In this document: piece after piece, positions 8,942 to 16,774 of the stretch
Numbering within the stretch: the stretch's first letter is position 1
Layout: the number at the start of each line of letters is the position of its first letter
Origin: Candidatus Micrarchaeum sp.
GTDB taxonomy: Archaea > Micrarchaeota > Micrarchaeia > CABMEP01
Assembly (NCBI GenBank): GCA_020723065.1
Contig: DYJP01000006.1
Location: forward strand, 1-50,961
Direction of reading: 5' to 3'
Length of the DNA: 50,961 nt
Position numbers and translations under genes: made by a program
Notes under the pieces: generated by a model
Seen by the model: only the letters and a program-made list of their open reading frames with translations
Told to the model about the DNA's origin: nothing
Database searches by the model: none

Positions 8942-10015
8942 ATGAAGTTGTTTTACGAAAGTAATTCGAAGATATTCAAGAACGAGAATGCGCTTAGCCT
9001 CGAATATCTTCCGCCAGAAATGCCAGAAAGAGAAGGACAGTTAAAAGAACTTGCATCCCTGCTTAATCCTATTTCAAAGAATCGGAGAGCGAGAAATATT
9101 CTTATAACTGGTTCAACCGGAACTGGAAAAACAAGCTGCACTAAGTATATTCTAAATCAACTTATGGATTTCACGCAGATCGGGATTCCGATATACATTA
9201 ACTGTTGGCAGTTTTCAACTTCTCATGCAGTTCTTTCTGAAATTGCGGAAAGGCTTTCTCTTCCGCTTCCAAGGAGGGGAATATCGTTCGATGAGATATT
9301 CAATAGAGTAAAAGAATATCTGATAAAGAACAATAAGATACTTGTGGTGGTTCTTGACGAGGTTGATCGTCTGATTGCGAACAGTTCAACTGAAATATTG
9401 TATTATTTAAGTAGAGGTGATGAGCTGATGAACGGCAGGTCGTCTGTAATCGTCATAAGCAATGACAACGATCTTGCAAGTAAGCTCGACGATAGGATCC
9501 GTTCTTCGTTGTTGGAATATAGGATGAAATTCGAGAAATATACAGCATTCCAGCTTAAGAGAATACTCAATGAGAGAGCAAAGCTTGCGTTCTTTACTTC
9601 TGCAATAGGGGAAGAGGCTATAGCCCTTTGTGCAGCGAACGCATCTAAGCAGAACGGGGATGCGAGAGTCGCTATTTCTTTGCTTTATCAAACCGGACTT
9701 AACGCGGAAAGAGACAATTCAAGCAGGCTCATGATCAAGCATGTCAAGATGGCGATAGAAGAAGTTAAGAAGGAGACAGATATCATATCTCGGCATTTCG
9801 ATTCTCTTTCAGACATTGAGAAGAGGATAATCAATATCCTTCTCAATGGTCCAGTCACCAGCGGAGAGCTCTATTCAAGGCTTTCGGACACAAAGCTCAG
9901 TGACAGGATGTTCCAATTCTATATAAACAAGCTTGAAGAGTCGCAGTTGATATCCTCTGAAGAAGTGAAGGTCAGGCCTAAAGGTAGGACGAAGCTTCTC
10001 TCTTTAAAGAAATAA
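8942..10015 (+). CDS. cdc6: Orc1/Cdc6 replication initiation protein
   Basis: EYLPPEMPERE, Walker A GSTGTGKT, YINC, Walker B VVLDEVD, GDAR sensor, C-terminal winged helix ending KGRT. Confidence 0.95.
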   Translation: MKLFYESNSKIFKNENALSLEYLPPEMPEREGQLKELASLLNPISKNRRARNILITGSTGTGKTSCTKYILNQLMDFTQIGIPIYINCWQFSTSHAVLSEIAERLSLPLPRRGISFDEIFNRVKEYLIKNNKILVVVLDEVDRLIANSSTEILYYLSRGDELMNGRSSVIVISNDNDLASKLDDRIRSSLLEYRMKFEKYTAFQLKRILNERAKLAFFTSAIGEEAIALCAANASKQNGDARVAISLLYQTGLNAERDNSSRLMIKHVKMAIEEVKKETDIISRHFDSLSDIEKRIINILLNGPVTSGELYSRLSDTKLSDRMFQFYINKLEESQLISSEEVKVRPKGRTKLLSLKK

Positions 10016-10023
10016 CCTATATT

Positions 10024-10038
10024 AAGAGGATTTATATA
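10024..10038 (+). promoter_or_regulatory. BRE/TATA promoter just after the cdc6 stop, reading into the non-coding region
   Basis: Purine-rich AAGAGGA followed by TTTATATA (10031-10038); predicted start near 10062. Confidence 0.6.
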
Positions 10039-10061
10039 TTTCTGAAGTCTTATCTTATATA

Positions 10062-10530
10062 TATGTACAGTCAAAGCGACGATCCGAGCCGTAATCCCAA
10101 TTGAAAGCAGAAATTCCAGTAAGATAAGGATTCGTCAGGGGAAACAAAAGCAAAGTCCCCTACAGTATATTCTATTTCTTTCAAGATTTCAAATAAAATA
10201 TCCTATTTTGAAAGCAAAACACTTCTGTTGTTTCGTTCATAGGTATGGGGGATTATCAAAAGGACTTCTTCTTATTCGGTAATTTTCGCCTTTCTGAATT
10301 TTAGGTAAAATTCCCGATATTTATTTCGTTACATTGAGGAAAAAAAATTCGTGATAATCGGAAGTGAGGTCTTTTCGATTCGAATCACCATAGTACGAAT
10401 ACGCAATGTAGAGATTAATCGATATAATTCAGACTGGCGCCGGAGCGAAAGAATTTGCCTTGAATGCGCTTGAATGGTATACCACAGATAACGTTACTGC
10501 GACCGTATGGAAGCGTCATTGACTATTTTT
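10062..10530 (+). ncRNA. Candidate large structured non-coding RNA (~460 nt), family unassigned
   Basis: Terminal pairing AGTCAA 10069-74/TTGACT 10519-24 followed by T5, plus more than 10 mutually nested helices, several with G-U pairs that form only on the + strand; no long ORF. Confidence 0.55.
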
Positions 10531-10607
10531 AAACACAAAATCACCGGAAATTACCCCTTTCGAGTTGTTTATAAATGACTTTTTTATGATTTATTTGGTG
10601 ATTTAAG

Positions 10608-10778
10608 ATGATGATAGATATAACAAACATAAGATTGGACGAAGTAAGTGTAATAATGTCTAAGATGGACAAATATGGTTTTGCCTCAAGAATTGAGAAA
10701 AAAGACGATAAATATTTACTTGTTTTGAATCAGAGACCGAAACCTTCAGTCAAAATGCCTACATTGCTGGATTGGTAA
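10608..10778 (+). CDS. Small hypothetical protein (56 aa), missing from the ORF track
   Basis: GGTGA SD at 10597-10601, ATG 10608, MMIDITNIRLDEVSVIMSKMDKYGFASRIEKKDDKYLLVLNQRPKPSVKMPTLLDW, TAA. Confidence 0.7.
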   Translation: MMIDITNIRLDEVSVIMSKMDKYGFASRIEKKDDKYLLVLNQRPKPSVKMPTLLDW

Positions 10779-10822
10779 ATAGCAGATCCCACCTCCTGCT
10801 ATTTCCATCTATTTTTATTTTT
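10777..10822 (+). terminator. Hairpin plus T-tract after the small ORF
   Basis: AAATAGCAG/CTGCTATTT 9-bp stem, loop ATCCCACCTC, then T-rich tract. Confidence 0.55.
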
Positions 10823-10890
10823 CAGATTATATTTTTCAATAATACATAAAGATTAAATACTCTTTATCACAAATCATTCGTAGTGAGATT

Positions 10891-11184
10891 ATGTACGAAT
10901 GGTTCGGAGTTATAGGGATGATCTGTATTGTTGCAGCATGGATTCCACAGACTCTTAGAACCGTAAGGACGAAAAAAGTTGGAATGGAGCCGAAATTCCT
11001 ATGGCTCTATCTTTTCGGATGCATAGGAATGGTGCTGTATTCCGTCTACATTCAAGATATAATCTTCGTCGGACTGAATAGCATATCATTTTTGCTCAAT
11101 ACAATAAATGTATACTATTATTACAGGTACAATTCGAAGAAGCAAAAAAGTGCTAAATGGTTCAGTTTCCTTTGCAGGCCTTGA
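10891..11184 (+). CDS. PQ-loop / SemiSWEET family membrane protein
   Basis: AWIPQTLRTVRTKK PQ motif, three hydrophobic helices, 97 aa. Confidence 0.85.
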   Translation: MYEWFGVIGMICIVAAWIPQTLRTVRTKKVGMEPKFLWLYLFGCIGMVLYSVYIQDIIFVGLNSISFLLNTINVYYYYRYNSKKQKSAKWFSFLCRP

Positions 11185-11287
11185 GGTTTCTCTTTATTTA
11201 GGCTTATCATAAGTATTTTTATATCTTTTCGATGAATTATATATGTCGATTTCTATTGAAATTTCAGACTAGAAAAGGATTGGTCTT

Positions 11288-11689
11288 ATGAAAATAGTTA
11301 TATCATACAAGGAAAATTCCTATCAGGTTGAACTGCCGAAAGAGAAAGAGGCGCATCTATACGGCCTTAAGATCGGCGATAAGTTAGACGGATCGTTCAT
11401 CGGAGCGGCGGGCTACTCACTGAAGATTAGCGGTGGCTCTGACAAGGACGGATTCCCGATGAAGGCGGATCTATCTGGTGGAAGCAGAAAGAGCATTCTC
11501 CTCTCTAAGGGAGTTGGTTTTCCGAAAGGAAAGAAAGGAGAAAGGGTTCGAAAATCAGTTAGAGGAAACTCTGTAAGTGAATCGATTGCCCAGCTTAATA
11601 CAATTGTAGAGCAGGCGGGACCGACATCTCTTGACCAGCTTTTCCCAAGAAAAGAGAAGAAGGAAAAGGAAGAAGAGAAAAAGGAATAA
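11288..11689 (+). CDS. rps6e: 30S ribosomal protein S6e
   Basis: GLKIGD..LKISGGSDKDGFPM..GERVRKSVRGN..IAQLN; upstream of aIF2gamma as usual. Confidence 0.97.
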   Translation: MKIVISYKENSYQVELPKEKEAHLYGLKIGDKLDGSFIGAAGYSLKISGGSDKDGFPMKADLSGGSRKSILLSKGVGFPKGKKGERVRKSVRGNSVSESIAQLNTIVEQAGPTSLDQLFPRKEKKEKEEEKKE

Positions 11690-11754
11690 AGACTTCGTAA
11701 ATCGTTTATTTTATTCATTCTTTATTTTTTTGAAACTTATCATGCGGTGTACTG

Positions 11755-12945
11755 ATGCAAGCAGAATTGAATATAGGTTTATTAGGCCATGTTGACCATG
11801 GGAAAACAAGCGTTACAAAAATGCTTACTGGAACATGGACAGATATACATAGTATGGAGATAAAGAGAGGAATCACGATCAAGCTCGGGTATGCCGAAAT
11901 GATGTCAAGTTTTTGCGAAAAGTGTGGTATTTATACGAATTCCAAAAAATGTCATAAGTGCGGTGGAGAGAGTAAGGAGTTAAGGAAAATTTCCTTTGTA
12001 GATGCTCCTGGTCATGAAACGCTCATGGCCACGGTCATTTCCGCGTCTTCAATACTCGATGGTGCTCTTCTTATAATTGCGGCTAACGAGCAATGTCCGC
12101 AGCCACAGACAAAGGAACACAAGATGGTGCTGGAAACCCTTGGTATAAAGAATATTGTAGTAGTCCAGAACAAGATAGATTTAGTATCAAAGGAAAAGGC
12201 GAAAGAGCACTATAAACAGATAAAAGAGTTTCTAAAGGGTTCAATCTATGAGAATGCTCCGATTATCCCTATTTCTGCAAATTATAATGCTAATTTAGAC
12301 ATTCTTCTAGAGGCCATAGACAAAAATATTCCTACACCAAAGAGAGATGAATCAAAAGATGCTTTATTCTTTATTGCGCGTTCTTTTGATGTTAACAAGC
12401 CTGGAATTGTCGTTGAGAAGCTTGTTGGTGGAGTGGTAGGGGGGTCGGTGGTCTCTGGTGAATTTAAGGTAGGGGATGAGATAGAGATATCGCCCGGAAT
12501 TGTAAGAATAAACAAGCAGGTTCCAGAACCAATAAAGTCGAAGATAATAGCGATGTTTGCAGGTTCCGAGAAGCTTGAGAGCGTAAAGCCAGGGGGATTG
12601 GTTGCGATCCAGACTACTTTGGATCCGTCTCTTGCAAAAGCAGATGGGCTTATAGGCAATGTTATTGGAAAAGTAGGATCTCTACCTCCTTTATACGATT
12701 CTTTGAAAGTTGAATACTCATTGCTGAACCGTGTAGATTTTGAAAATCACGGAATAAAAGAAGGCGAGACGCTCGTAGTTTCGGTCGGGACAGCTACATC
12801 CATAGGTGTTGCACAGAAAGTCAAGAAGAATAAGATGGAAATAATTCTCAAAAGGCCAGTATGCGTTCCGATTAGTTCAAAGATCGCCATCTCAAGGAAA
12901 ATAAATCAGAGATGGAGGCTTGCTGGAGCAGGCAAGATTTTATAA
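11755..12945 (+). CDS. eif2g: Translation initiation factor aIF2 gamma subunit
   Basis: GHVDHGKT, RGITIKLGYA, Zn ribbon, DAPGHE, NKID, RWRLAG. Confidence 0.97.
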   Translation: MQAELNIGLLGHVDHGKTSVTKMLTGTWTDIHSMEIKRGITIKLGYAEMMSSFCEKCGIYTNSKKCHKCGGESKELRKISFVDAPGHETLMATVISASSILDGALLIIAANEQCPQPQTKEHKMVLETLGIKNIVVVQNKIDLVSKEKAKEHYKQIKEFLKGSIYENAPIIPISANYNANLDILLEAIDKNIPTPKRDESKDALFFIARSFDVNKPGIVVEKLVGGVVGGSVVSGEFKVGDEIEISPGIVRINKQVPEPIKSKIIAMFAGSEKLESVKPGGLVAIQTTLDPSLAKADGLIGNVIGKVGSLPPLYDSLKVEYSLLNRVDFENHGIKEGETLVVSVGTATSIGVAQKVKKNKMEIILKRPVCVPISSKIAISRKINQRWRLAGAGKIL

Positions 12946-13048
12946 TCAAATACTTTTTCTTTTAAAGTTAGACAAATATACGTGCAGCTTTGCCTCTGAT
13001 TTATTTTTTAAAACAAAATAAAAAATAAAATTAAAAAATTAAGAAAGA

Positions 13049-13225
13049 TTATGCTTTCTTGGGCTTCTTCGCTCTTGTCCACTTGAATTTTGCGGGCTTT
13101 CTCTTGAGATCAAGCATGTTCTTGATGCATTTTCCGGTGTCAAAGTAGAGCAGAGTGCCGTCAGTTTTGACGTATACTAGACCCGTTCCTTTCTTTATTT
13201 CTTTGTTACAGAATGAACATTTCAT
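13049..13225 (-). CDS. rpl24e: 50S ribosomal protein L24e (58 aa; not in ORF track)
   Basis: MKCSFCNKEIKKGTGLVYVKTDGTLLYFDTGKCIKNMLDLKRKPAKFKWT; follows S28e. Confidence 0.95.
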   Translation of the reverse strand: MKCSFCNKEIKKGTGLVYVKTDGTLLYFDTGKCIKNMLDLKRKPAKFKWTRAKKPKKA

Positions 13226-13236
13226 ATATCAACACC

Positions 13237-13560
13237 TTACTTTGTCCTGATTTGCTTGGCTTCTCTTTCAGTGTCGACCAAGAGCAAAATATCGCCTTTC
13301 TTTATTTGGCCTTTGACATTTCTTCTGATGACTCTTCCTTTGTCCCTTCCGTCAAGAACTCTGCACATGACTTGCCTTACTTCGCCTCTTGTGCCTGTCT
13401 TGCCGATTAGCTCGACAACTTCTGCCCTGTAGCCATTGAATTCGTGTTCTTGTGGTTTTGTTTCTGTCTTTGCGGACTGAGAAACCTTTTCTTTTATCTG
13501 TTCCTTTGGTTGTTGTGTCGGAGCTTCTTTCTTTTTGTCTATTTTTTTGTCATCTGTCAT
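13237..13560 (-). CDS. rps28e: 30S ribosomal protein S28e with N-terminal charged extension
   Basis: [44 protein letters not shown]; GGTGA SD before ATG 13560. Confidence 0.95.
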   Translation of the reverse strand: MTDDKKIDKKKEAPTQQPKEQIKEKVSQSAKTETKPQEHEFNGYRAEVVELIGKTGTRGEVRQVMCRVLDGRDKGRVIRRNVKGQIKKGDILLLVDTEREAKQIRTK

Positions 13561-13585
13561 TAAAATCACCTAGTTGGTTGACAGG

Positions 13586-14035
13586 TTATTCCTTCTTCTT
13601 TGGCTTTTTTTCCTTCGCCAACTTTGTCGGCTTCTTTTCTTCCTTGCTTTCCGACTTTATTTCCTTTTTCTGTGGAACCTTCTGACCGAGCTTAGTTAAG
13701 ATGTCTTCGATTTCATCTTTTGCTCCACCGAGATTCTCTATTGCTATTGCTGCGCACGTTACTGTCAAGCCGATAGCCTTTCCAAGATCAACCTTGGTTG
13801 GAACATATACGAAAGGAATTCCCTTTTCCTCGCATAAAATTGGAAGGTGCATTACGATCTCTTCTGGATTGACGTCTGCTGCAATAACAACGAGCATCGC
13901 TTTTCCGGATTCGATTGATTTTGTTGTCTCGTTTGCACCCTTTCTTATTTTTCCAGTGTCCTTCGCAACACTTATTGCGTTGATGACTCTGTCAGATATT
14001 TCCTTTGGAACTTCAAATTTCACATAGCTTGCCAT
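13586..14035 (-). CDS. rpl7ae: 50S ribosomal protein L7Ae with Lys/Glu-rich C-terminal tail
   Basis: YVKFEVP..GKIRKGANETTKSIE..VIAADVNPEEIVMHLPILCEEK. Confidence 0.97.
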   Translation of the reverse strand: MASYVKFEVPKEISDRVINAISVAKDTGKIRKGANETTKSIESGKAMLVVIAADVNPEEIVMHLPILCEEKGIPFVYVPTKVDLGKAIGLTVTCAAIAIENLGGAKDEIEDILTKLGQKVPQKKEIKSESKEEKKPTKLAKEKKPKKKE

Positions 14036-14067
14036 ACTCTCACACCTCTTATAGTTCATAGAGCATG
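14033..14067 (-). promoter_or_regulatory. K-turn in the L7Ae 5' UTR covering SD and start codon
   Basis: Minus strand: CAUGCUC-UAU-GA-AC...GU-GA-GAGUAUG, giving a 7-bp C-stem, 3-nt bulge and tandem GA/AG pairs. Confidence 0.75.
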
Positions 14068-14194
14068 CATATTGCATACTTTTATTTAATACTATAAAAT
14101 TATGTACACTGAAAATTTGTACAATTAGATAAATATATTATGTAGTAATAGTTTAAAATCTTTACTGATTCTCTAGGCCTTTGAAGATTCGGAT

Positions 14195-16138
14195 TCAAGC
14201 AAGTAGATAGACTTCCTTAACTCCGTCTATTTTTTTCATATCCTGCCTTATCTTGTTGACTTCTTCCATTGAGTTGTACCTTATAATCATGTTGATCATA
14301 ATCTTTTCGTCTTTGGTATCGGAGATATTGATCTTCTGGATGTTGACTTTGTGTTTCATGAGGTTCTTTATTACCTCTGAAAGCAGGGTCGGTCGGTCCT
14401 CAGATATTATGTTTATTTTCTGGAGGTATATGCTAGTCTTCTCTCCCCAGAATGCCGGAATCTTTCTTTTTGCTTCCGGCGAACTAGCGAATGCCTTGCA
14501 GTCCTTCTTGTGGATTGTATATTTGCCTTCCTTCGGCGGATAAGTAACTATCTCGTCGTTTATTCCCGGATTGCAGCATTTGGGTATCTTTATGTTTGGA
14601 GAGTTTATGTAAGCTATCAATTCTCCATTTTCGATCTTGGCCTTCTTTCCCTTTTCTTGTTCTACAATTTTCACTTCTCTCTGGATGTTTCTTCGCTTGC
14701 CTACCATCTTCAACGCAGCTCTTATCTTGCCTTTCGCTTTAGACGTTTTTACGATACCTAACCAGTTTATATTTGCCTTTTGTGACGGGGAGGTTATGAC
14801 TTCGACTATGTCTCCGTCCTGGATAGTGTGGTTGAATTGGACCAGATTGCCGTTTACTTTTATTTTGTCAGCATGCAACCCTATGTTGGTATGGAGTGCA
14901 AACGCAAAGTCCAGTGCAGTTGAACCTGCTGAAAGTTCTATCATATCTCCTTTCGGGGTAAAGGCGACCACCCCTCTTTCGAAGAGTTCTATTTTTATCC
15001 CATCAATGTATTCCTTCTCTTCTTTGATTTCCTTTTGCCATGAGAGCAGGTTTCTCATCCATTCTATCTTTTTGTCGTACTCTCCCTGTTCGTGTCCCTT
15101 GTATCTCCAATGGGCAGCTATTCCACTTTCAGCTATCCTGTCCATCTCTTCTGTTCTTATCTGAGCCTCGATATTTTGACCTTTCTTTGTTATGAAATTA
15201 AGATGGAGCGATTGATACATGTTTGACTTCGGGGAGGAGATGTAGTCGTCCAATGTGCCCGGAATCATTCCATACTTTTCGTTTATTATCTCTAATATCC
15301 TATAGCAGTCACTTACTCTCTTAGTTATTATTCTTATCGCAAAAAGGTCCATAAGCTGGTCGAATGTGAGTTCCTTTTTTTTCATTTTCTTATAAATAGA
15401 ATAGATGTGCTTTTCTCTGCCCTTGACCATTACATCGATGCCTCTCGATTTTAGAAGTCTTTCTATTTCAGTTCTTATTTTTTCTACTTCTCCAATTTTG
15501 TCTTTTTTCTTCTCTTCTAGTGAATTTTTTATTTGCTTATATGTTTCAGGTTCTACTACGGAAAGGTAGAGATCTTCCAGTTCGTTCTTAATTTTTGTTA
15601 TGTTGAGTTTGTGGGCGAGCGGAACGTAAATTTCAATAGTTTCTTCCACCATTCTCTTCTGTTTATATTCGGGCAGGTATCTTATGGTTCTCATATTATG
15701 CAGCCTGTCTCCAAGCTTTATGAGGATAATGCGCACGTCCTTGCTTAAGATAAGCATCATCTTTCTTATGTTTTCAACTTCCGCTTGTTCAAGCCGTAGG
15801 AAAGGTATTTTTCCTATCTTAGTGAGTCCATCCACGATCTTTGCCACATTATCTCCAAATTCCTGTTCTATAGTTTGGATCGGGATTCCTACGTCTTTGC
15901 ATACATCGTGAAGAAGAGCAGCTTGAAGTGTGGTAATATCATTCGAATATTCTGAAACAATCTCAGCTACAGCCATGCAGTGGAATATGTACGGCTCACC
16001 TGAAAGTCTGTATTGATTTTTGTGGGCCAATGCTGCAAATTCGAATGCCTTCCTTATTTGGGCTTTTTCAGGGCCTTCACTACCGATCTTTCGCATAAGT
16101 TTTTCAAATTCTTCTTCTATCTCCTTTTCGAATTGCAT
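14195..16138 (-). CDS. Long RelA/SpoT homologue (HD, synthetase, TGS, Cys/ZFD, ACT)
   Basis: HKNQYRLSGEPYIFH, LLHD, LIKLGDRLHNMRT, GREKHIYSIYKKM, YQSLH, EAQIRT, AAHWRYK, FTPKG..DFAFALHT, KCCNP..HKKDC, DRPTLLSEV. Confidence 0.95.
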   Translation of the reverse strand: MQFEKEIEEEFEKLMRKIGSEGPEKAQIRKAFEFAALAHKNQYRLSGEPYIFHCMAVAEIVSEYSNDITTLQAALLHDVCKDVGIPIQTIEQEFGDNVAKIVDGLTKIGKIPFLRLEQAEVENIRKMMLILSKDVRIILIKLGDRLHNMRTIRYLPEYKQKRMVEETIEIYVPLAHKLNITKIKNELEDLYLSVVEPETYKQIKNSLEEKKKDKIGEVEKIRTEIERLLKSRGIDVMVKGREKHIYSIYKKMKKKELTFDQLMDLFAIRIITKRVSDCYRILEIINEKYGMIPGTLDDYISSPKSNMYQSLHLNFITKKGQNIEAQIRTEEMDRIAESGIAAHWRYKGHEQGEYDKKIEWMRNLLSWQKEIKEEKEYIDGIKIELFERGVVAFTPKGDMIELSAGSTALDFAFALHTNIGLHADKIKVNGNLVQFNHTIQDGDIVEVITSPSQKANINWLGIVKTSKAKGKIRAALKMVGKRRNIQREVKIVEQEKGKKAKIENGELIAYINSPNIKIPKCCNPGINDEIVTYPPKEGKYTIHKKDCKAFASSPEAKRKIPAFWGEKTSIYLQKINIISEDRPTLLSEVIKNLMKHKVNIQKINISDTKDEKIMINMIIRYNSMEEVNKIRQDMKKIDGVKEVYLLA

Positions 16139-16166
16139 GGATCACACGTTTCTCTTTGCTTTTAGA

Positions 16167-16673
16167 TTATTCTAAAAGTTCTGCAATCTTGATTCCAAAT
16201 TTTTCTGCGGACTTTGGACCATCTGCGGTGACTATTCTACCATCTACGATCACTTCGCTTTCAATGTACTTTGCTCCTTTTGCAGAAAGATTTTTCCTTT
16301 CAGAAGGGTAGCATGTTGCATTTTTACCTTCTAGCACACCCGCATTTGCGAGAATTGATGGCGCGATACATATCGCTCCGATAACTTTGTTTAATGATTT
16401 TGCATTTTTCGCAATATTTAAAGCGGTCTTGTCATCGAAATACATCGAAGCTCCGCTTCCTCCTATGAATACGACGGCTTCATATTCATTCACATTCACA
16501 GATTCAAGACTTTTATCGATTTGTGTGGTCGCCCCGAGCATTCCTTTCGCCAGGCAGATTTCCTTTGAAGTTACTGTAACTTGAAAACCTTTTTTTTCAA
16601 AAATTTCCTTTGTTCTAAATAATTCTTCGTCTCTGAAATCGACTGGTGCAATAATCATTAGTATTTTTACCAT
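16167..16673 (-). CDS. DJ-1/PfpI family protein
   Basis: FRDEE, FIGGSG, nucleophile elbow GAICIAP, IVTADGP. Confidence 0.92.
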   Translation of the reverse strand: MVKILMIIAPVDFRDEELFRTKEIFEKKGFQVTVTSKEICLAKGMLGATTQIDKSLESVNVNEYEAVVFIGGSGASMYFDDKTALNIAKNAKSLNKVIGAICIAPSILANAGVLEGKNATCYPSERKNLSAKGAKYIESEVIVDGRIVTADGPKSAEKFGIKIAELLE

Positions 16674-16774
16674 GTATTAATAATTAAGATAAAAAATTAA
16701 AAACCAGTATATATTTTTCGCCACCTTTTAGATTCATGATTTTTAGTGATTTTTATTTCTTTCTAATATATACT

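Noticed and set aside
10110-10155. SRP helix-8-like GTCAGG..GAAA..AGCA and RNase P CR-I-like GAAATTCC
   Set aside because: The helix-8 apical stem does not pair and no CR-V/P4 partner was found; a covariance-model search is needed for a final verdict
10091-10220. CRISPR-like ATTGAAAG / TTTGAAAG words
   Set aside because: Only two dissimilar copies about 108 nt apart, no regular repeat-spacer array and no cas genes
10128-10390. tmRNA-like GGATTCG and TTCGAATCACCA
   Set aside because: No alanine acceptor stem or proper T arm can be built
10351-10522. Short reading frames inside the structured region (e.g. DIIQTGAGAKEFALNALEWY)
   Set aside because: About 40 codons or fewer, no convincing SD/start pairing and no recognisable family
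10016-10607. oriC with ORB boxes beside cdc6
   Set aside because: TCCCAATTGAAA and TCCTATTTTGAAA are only weakly ORB-like, and the G-U-containing nested helices fit RNA better. Not called, though not excluded without skew data.
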